Assembly: GCA_024546615.1 (NCBI GenBank)
Contig: GCA_024546615.1_5040.1
Reading direction: 5' to 3' (one strand)
Length of the DNA: 47,767 nt
Origin: Escherichia coli
GTDB lineage: Bacteria > Pseudomonadota > Gammaproteobacteria > Enterobacterales > Enterobacteriaceae
This document shows, piece by piece, positions 45,263 through 47,767 of the stretch; the first letter of the stretch is position 1; each line of letters opens with the position of its first letter. The notes beneath the pieces are model-generated. The model did not search any database. It had not been told where the DNA came from and saw only the letters and a list, made by a program, of their open reading frames with translations. A program made the translations under genes and the position numbers.

Positions 45263-45555
45263 TTAAATATTTACCACTTGTAGCGCTCCTGGTGGGCGCT
45301 CAGGCTCACGCGGGTGTGATTGCAGTGAGTGATGAAGCACAGGTCGCTAACATGCTCTTTAACGGATGCAGCGCTCAACGTGCACAAATGGGCGTGCAGG
45401 AAATTATTAAACAGGCTAACCCGGGCGATAATCCTGCGGTGACTGACCTTATCATTAAAGGTTACAAGTTCGGCATTGATTACCCGAATGTCGGATGCAA
45501 CCAGTTCTTTACAGTTGTTATCGACCAGTTAGTTAACGCCAGGAGCAAAGCGTAA
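45259..45555 (+). CDS. Secreted/periplasmic protein with signal peptide (98 aa)
   Basis: MIKYLPLVALLVGAQAHA then GVIAV...; two Cys. Confidence 0.5.
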   Translation: MIKYLPLVALLVGAQAHAGVIAVSDEAQVANMLFNGCSAQRAQMGVQEIIKQANPGDNPAVTDLIIKGYKFGIDYPNVGCNQFFTVVIDQLVNARSKA

Positions 45556-45656
45556 TGACTATTCTGACGGAAGAGAAATTACTGGCCGATGTGAGTGCGG
45601 GGATGAGTGGTCACGCCATTGCGAGAAAGTATGGTATGACCCCCCGGCAATATTAA
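45555..45656 (+). CDS. HTH-containing N-terminal segment (33 codons) ending at stop just after a C6 tract; likely 5' part of the downstream gene
   Basis: RBS AGGAG; ...AGMSGHAIARKYGMTP then stop; the +1 frame continues as GNINRRIKRLGARGL... into the 45706 ORF. Confidence 0.4.
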   Translation: MTILTEEKLLADVSAGMSGHAIARKYGMTPRQY

Positions 45657-45705
45657 CCGCCGCATCAAACGTCTCGGTGCGCGCGGTCTTGGTCACGGTG
45701 GTGAT

Positions 45706-46680
45706 GTGTCCCGCTTTGTGCCGGACGGTTACAAGGTAAAAGGTACATCGTCACTAGTGAAGGAGGATGGGACTGTAGCGCTGCAATGGGTTAAAACCGA
45801 TGTGGACGCCGAGCGCCAGTTGAAAATGATGCAGGAAGCGATTGCGGCGCTTACAGCGGATATTAAGCCGGTTAAATTACCCGGGTTTACCGGACACCCC
45901 ACCTCGGAGAATCTTTGTAACCTGTACACTGTAAGTGATTTTCATCTGGGGATGCTGGCGTGCCTGGAAGAGTCCGGTGAGGACTGGGATATCAAAATAG
46001 CGGAGGACATGTTTGTTAAGTGGTTCAGCGCTGCCGTTGAGATATCACCGTGGTCACATACAGCCGTAGTGTCACTACTGGGCGACCTGATGCACAGTGA
46101 CTCGCTGGCCCCGGTAACTCCGGCGAGTGGGCATGTGCTGGATGCAGACAGCCGGTATTTTAAAATGATCCAGGTAACAATGCGAATGGTGCGCCGGGCG
46201 ATTGAAATTGTCGCGCTGAAACACCCGCAGGTGCACATCGTTGTATCACAAGGTAACCACGACGAGACAGGTATGTTATGGCTCACCAGCGCGCTTGAGA
46301 TGATGTACGGACACGATGACCGTGTGACTGTGGACACATCGCCGGACGTGTTCAAAATGTTCCGCCACGGCGACACGGTACTCTTTTTCCACCATGGTCA
46401 CAAGGTGCGATTTGCCAGCATTGAGCCGGTAATGATTTCCCGGTTCCGCCGCGACTATGGTGAGACAAGTTACGCATACGCCCACGTGGGTCATCTGCAT
46501 CACCAGAAAATTGTCGAGAGTAATTGTATGGTGGTCGAACAACACCGCACGCTGGCGGCTAAAGATGCGTATGCGGCCCGGGGAGGATGGTTCAGTGGGC
46601 GCAGCGCCAATGTCATTACATATCACAAGCAATACGGTGAAGTCAGTCGTCAGTCAATCAGTCCGGAGATGTTGAAATGA
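45706..46680 (+). CDS. Calcineurin-like metallophosphoesterase
   Basis: Motifs DFHLG, LLGDLMHSD, GNHDE, FHHGH, GHLHH; track start is GTG; reading frame is open upstream to 45640. Confidence 0.6.
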   Translation: MSRFVPDGYKVKGTSSLVKEDGTVALQWVKTDVDAERQLKMMQEAIAALTADIKPVKLPGFTGHPTSENLCNLYTVSDFHLGMLACLEESGEDWDIKIAEDMFVKWFSAAVEISPWSHTAVVSLLGDLMHSDSLAPVTPASGHVLDADSRYFKMIQVTMRMVRRAIEIVALKHPQVHIVVSQGNHDETGMLWLTSALEMMYGHDDRVTVDTSPDVFKMFRHGDTVLFFHHGHKVRFASIEPVMISRFRRDYGETSYAYAHVGHLHHQKIVESNCMVVEQHRTLAAKDAYAARGGWFSGRSANVITYHKQYGEVSRQSISPEMLK

Positions 46681-46840
46681 TTAGTTATGATTTCGATGCG
46701 GGTTGTATCTGGTTTCGCGTGTTCGGTAAAGGGATTTTAATTATTGACCGGTCTATTCATCCTCCGCTGTTTAGTGTGAGGACCGGAAGGAAAAAGGAAT
46801 TCAGAATAGGGAAATACGGAATACAGTTAATCAGGTAAAT

Positions 46841-46871
46841 AAAAGGCCCGCATTTAGCGGGCTTTGTTTTT
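46841..46871. terminator. Bidirectional terminator GCCCGC-ATTTA-GCGGGC flanked by A- and T-tracts
   Basis: Between convergent genes ending at 46680 (+) and 46873 (-). Confidence 0.65.
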
Positions 46872-46872
46872 A

Positions 46873-47451
46873 TTATCTCCCACAGTTGCGACATTTGCCA
46901 TTCGCCACATAACGTTCTGCAATAATATTACAGTGCTTGCAAGGCTCATACGGAATATACCAGCGTTTGCCATCAGCGATAGCTTGCTGGCGCGGCGATT
47001 TAATTTTAATGATGCCGACGTGGATTCCTGCTTCACTCAGTAACAGGGCGTTTTTCATCGTCTCTAACTGTTCATTCAAAACGGAAATATTGTGCTCAAT
47101 CATTGCGATGTTCTCACGCAGTGCATCGGCTTCACCAGTAGTGCTAACAACGGCTGATTTTGGTTTTTTCCATTCCCCTGTCATGCGCTGCTCGGTTAAG
47201 CAGAAGACACATTTGCCAGCAGTGTTACGGACACCCGGATGTCCACATTCACTGTTCGGTTTCTTCTGCACCCTCCACGAACGACCATCGTTAAGACCGT
47301 CGAGAACTTTCTGATAGAGTTCATTACGTGCAGGAAGACCCATGTTTTTCGCTTTCACAAAATTATAGTGGTCATCAAGTGTACAAATACTGCACAATTC
47401 TGTTTCTTTAAATTTTGTATCGCCGTGACAATTATCTCTGAGATGAATCAT
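46873..47451 (-). CDS. Cys-pair-rich (zinc-finger-like) hypothetical protein (192 aa)
   Basis: Three C-x2-C pairs; RBS AGGAGAGAAAC; first gene downstream of promoter at repeat B boundary. Confidence 0.5.
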   Translation of the reverse strand: MIHLRDNCHGDTKFKETELCSICTLDDHYNFVKAKNMGLPARNELYQKVLDGLNDGRSWRVQKKPNSECGHPGVRNTAGKCVFCLTEQRMTGEWKKPKSAVVSTTGEADALRENIAMIEHNISVLNEQLETMKNALLLSEAGIHVGIIKIKSPRQQAIADGKRWYIPYEPCKHCNIIAERYVANGKCRNCGR

Positions 47452-47476
47452 GTTTCTCTCCTTCTGTAGAGTATAT

Positions 47477-47506
47477 ACTATAAAACAATAGAGAATTACG
47501 GGTCAA
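47477..47506 (-). promoter_or_regulatory. Sigma70-like promoter TTGACC-18-TATAGT at left boundary of repeat copy B (half palindrome only)
   Basis: Read directly. Confidence 0.45.
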
Positions 47507-47767
47507 TACCTCATTTTACCCCGAAATACCCGAGGCATCGGGGTAGCGAATTTACTTTCACAATCAGCAGCTTACGCGCATAACCGAAAACCCCGTACAT
47601 TCCTCCCCTCTTCCCTCTTATAAACCCTATAATATATACATTATGTATTATACTACATTTATACTATATATTATATACTCTCTATTACTACTAATTACTA
47701 TTTATTAGGGGTATAGGGGTAATAAGTAGTATAGTACTGAAAGGTAAAGAGTTTTTTATACCCCGAT
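47502..47767. repeat. Repeat copy B (continues into 1-35), about 93% identical to 15211-15510
   Basis: Direct alignment by eye; same hairpins and AT-rich core as copy A. Confidence 0.85.

Overview
The window reads as a complete, circularly closed ~47.8 kb dsDNA phage genome: the last 266 bp plus the first 35 bp rebuild one full copy of a ~300-bp element that also occurs at 15211-15510. GC content and codon usage look enterobacterial. The tail module is Mu/P2-like and probably contractile (sheath-like, tube, chaperone with -1 frameshift, tape measure, SLT-domain tail protein, baseplate V/W/J-like, tail fibres, Tfa). All family assignments rest on motifs read by eye; no database search, RNA folding or alignment was run. 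Layout: (1) packaging and head module on + (terS, terL, portal, Mu-F-like, protease/scaffold, decoration-like, major capsid), interrupted by minus-strand blocks of small acidic and membrane proteins and an HNH endonuclease; (2) a zinc-ribbon-repeat/Vsr-like homing-endonuclease-like gene after the capsid terminator; (3) minus-strand dUTPase; (4) tail and baseplate module; (5) lysis genes on minus (SAR-type endolysin, overlapping spanins); (6) minus-strand replication block (Cas4-like nuclease, DUF2815-like SSB, compact family-B DNA polymerase with a T5orf172 endonuclease beside it); (7) plus-strand block with SF2 helicase, VRR-NUC, TetR-like HTH protein, D5-type primase-helicase and small genes. 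No integrase, repressor/lysogeny module, tRNA, rRNA or CRISPR array was found. The most striking signals are a 16-bp palindrome TTGACG-N4-CGTCAA at 13 sites, nearly all over sigma70-like promoters, and the duplicated ~300-bp element ahead of each late operon. Other points: a cluster of very acidic early proteins, a 0.6-kb non-coding structured region inside the baseplate module, a decayed second Tfa gene, and a C6-tract frame break in an HTH-metallophosphatase gene.
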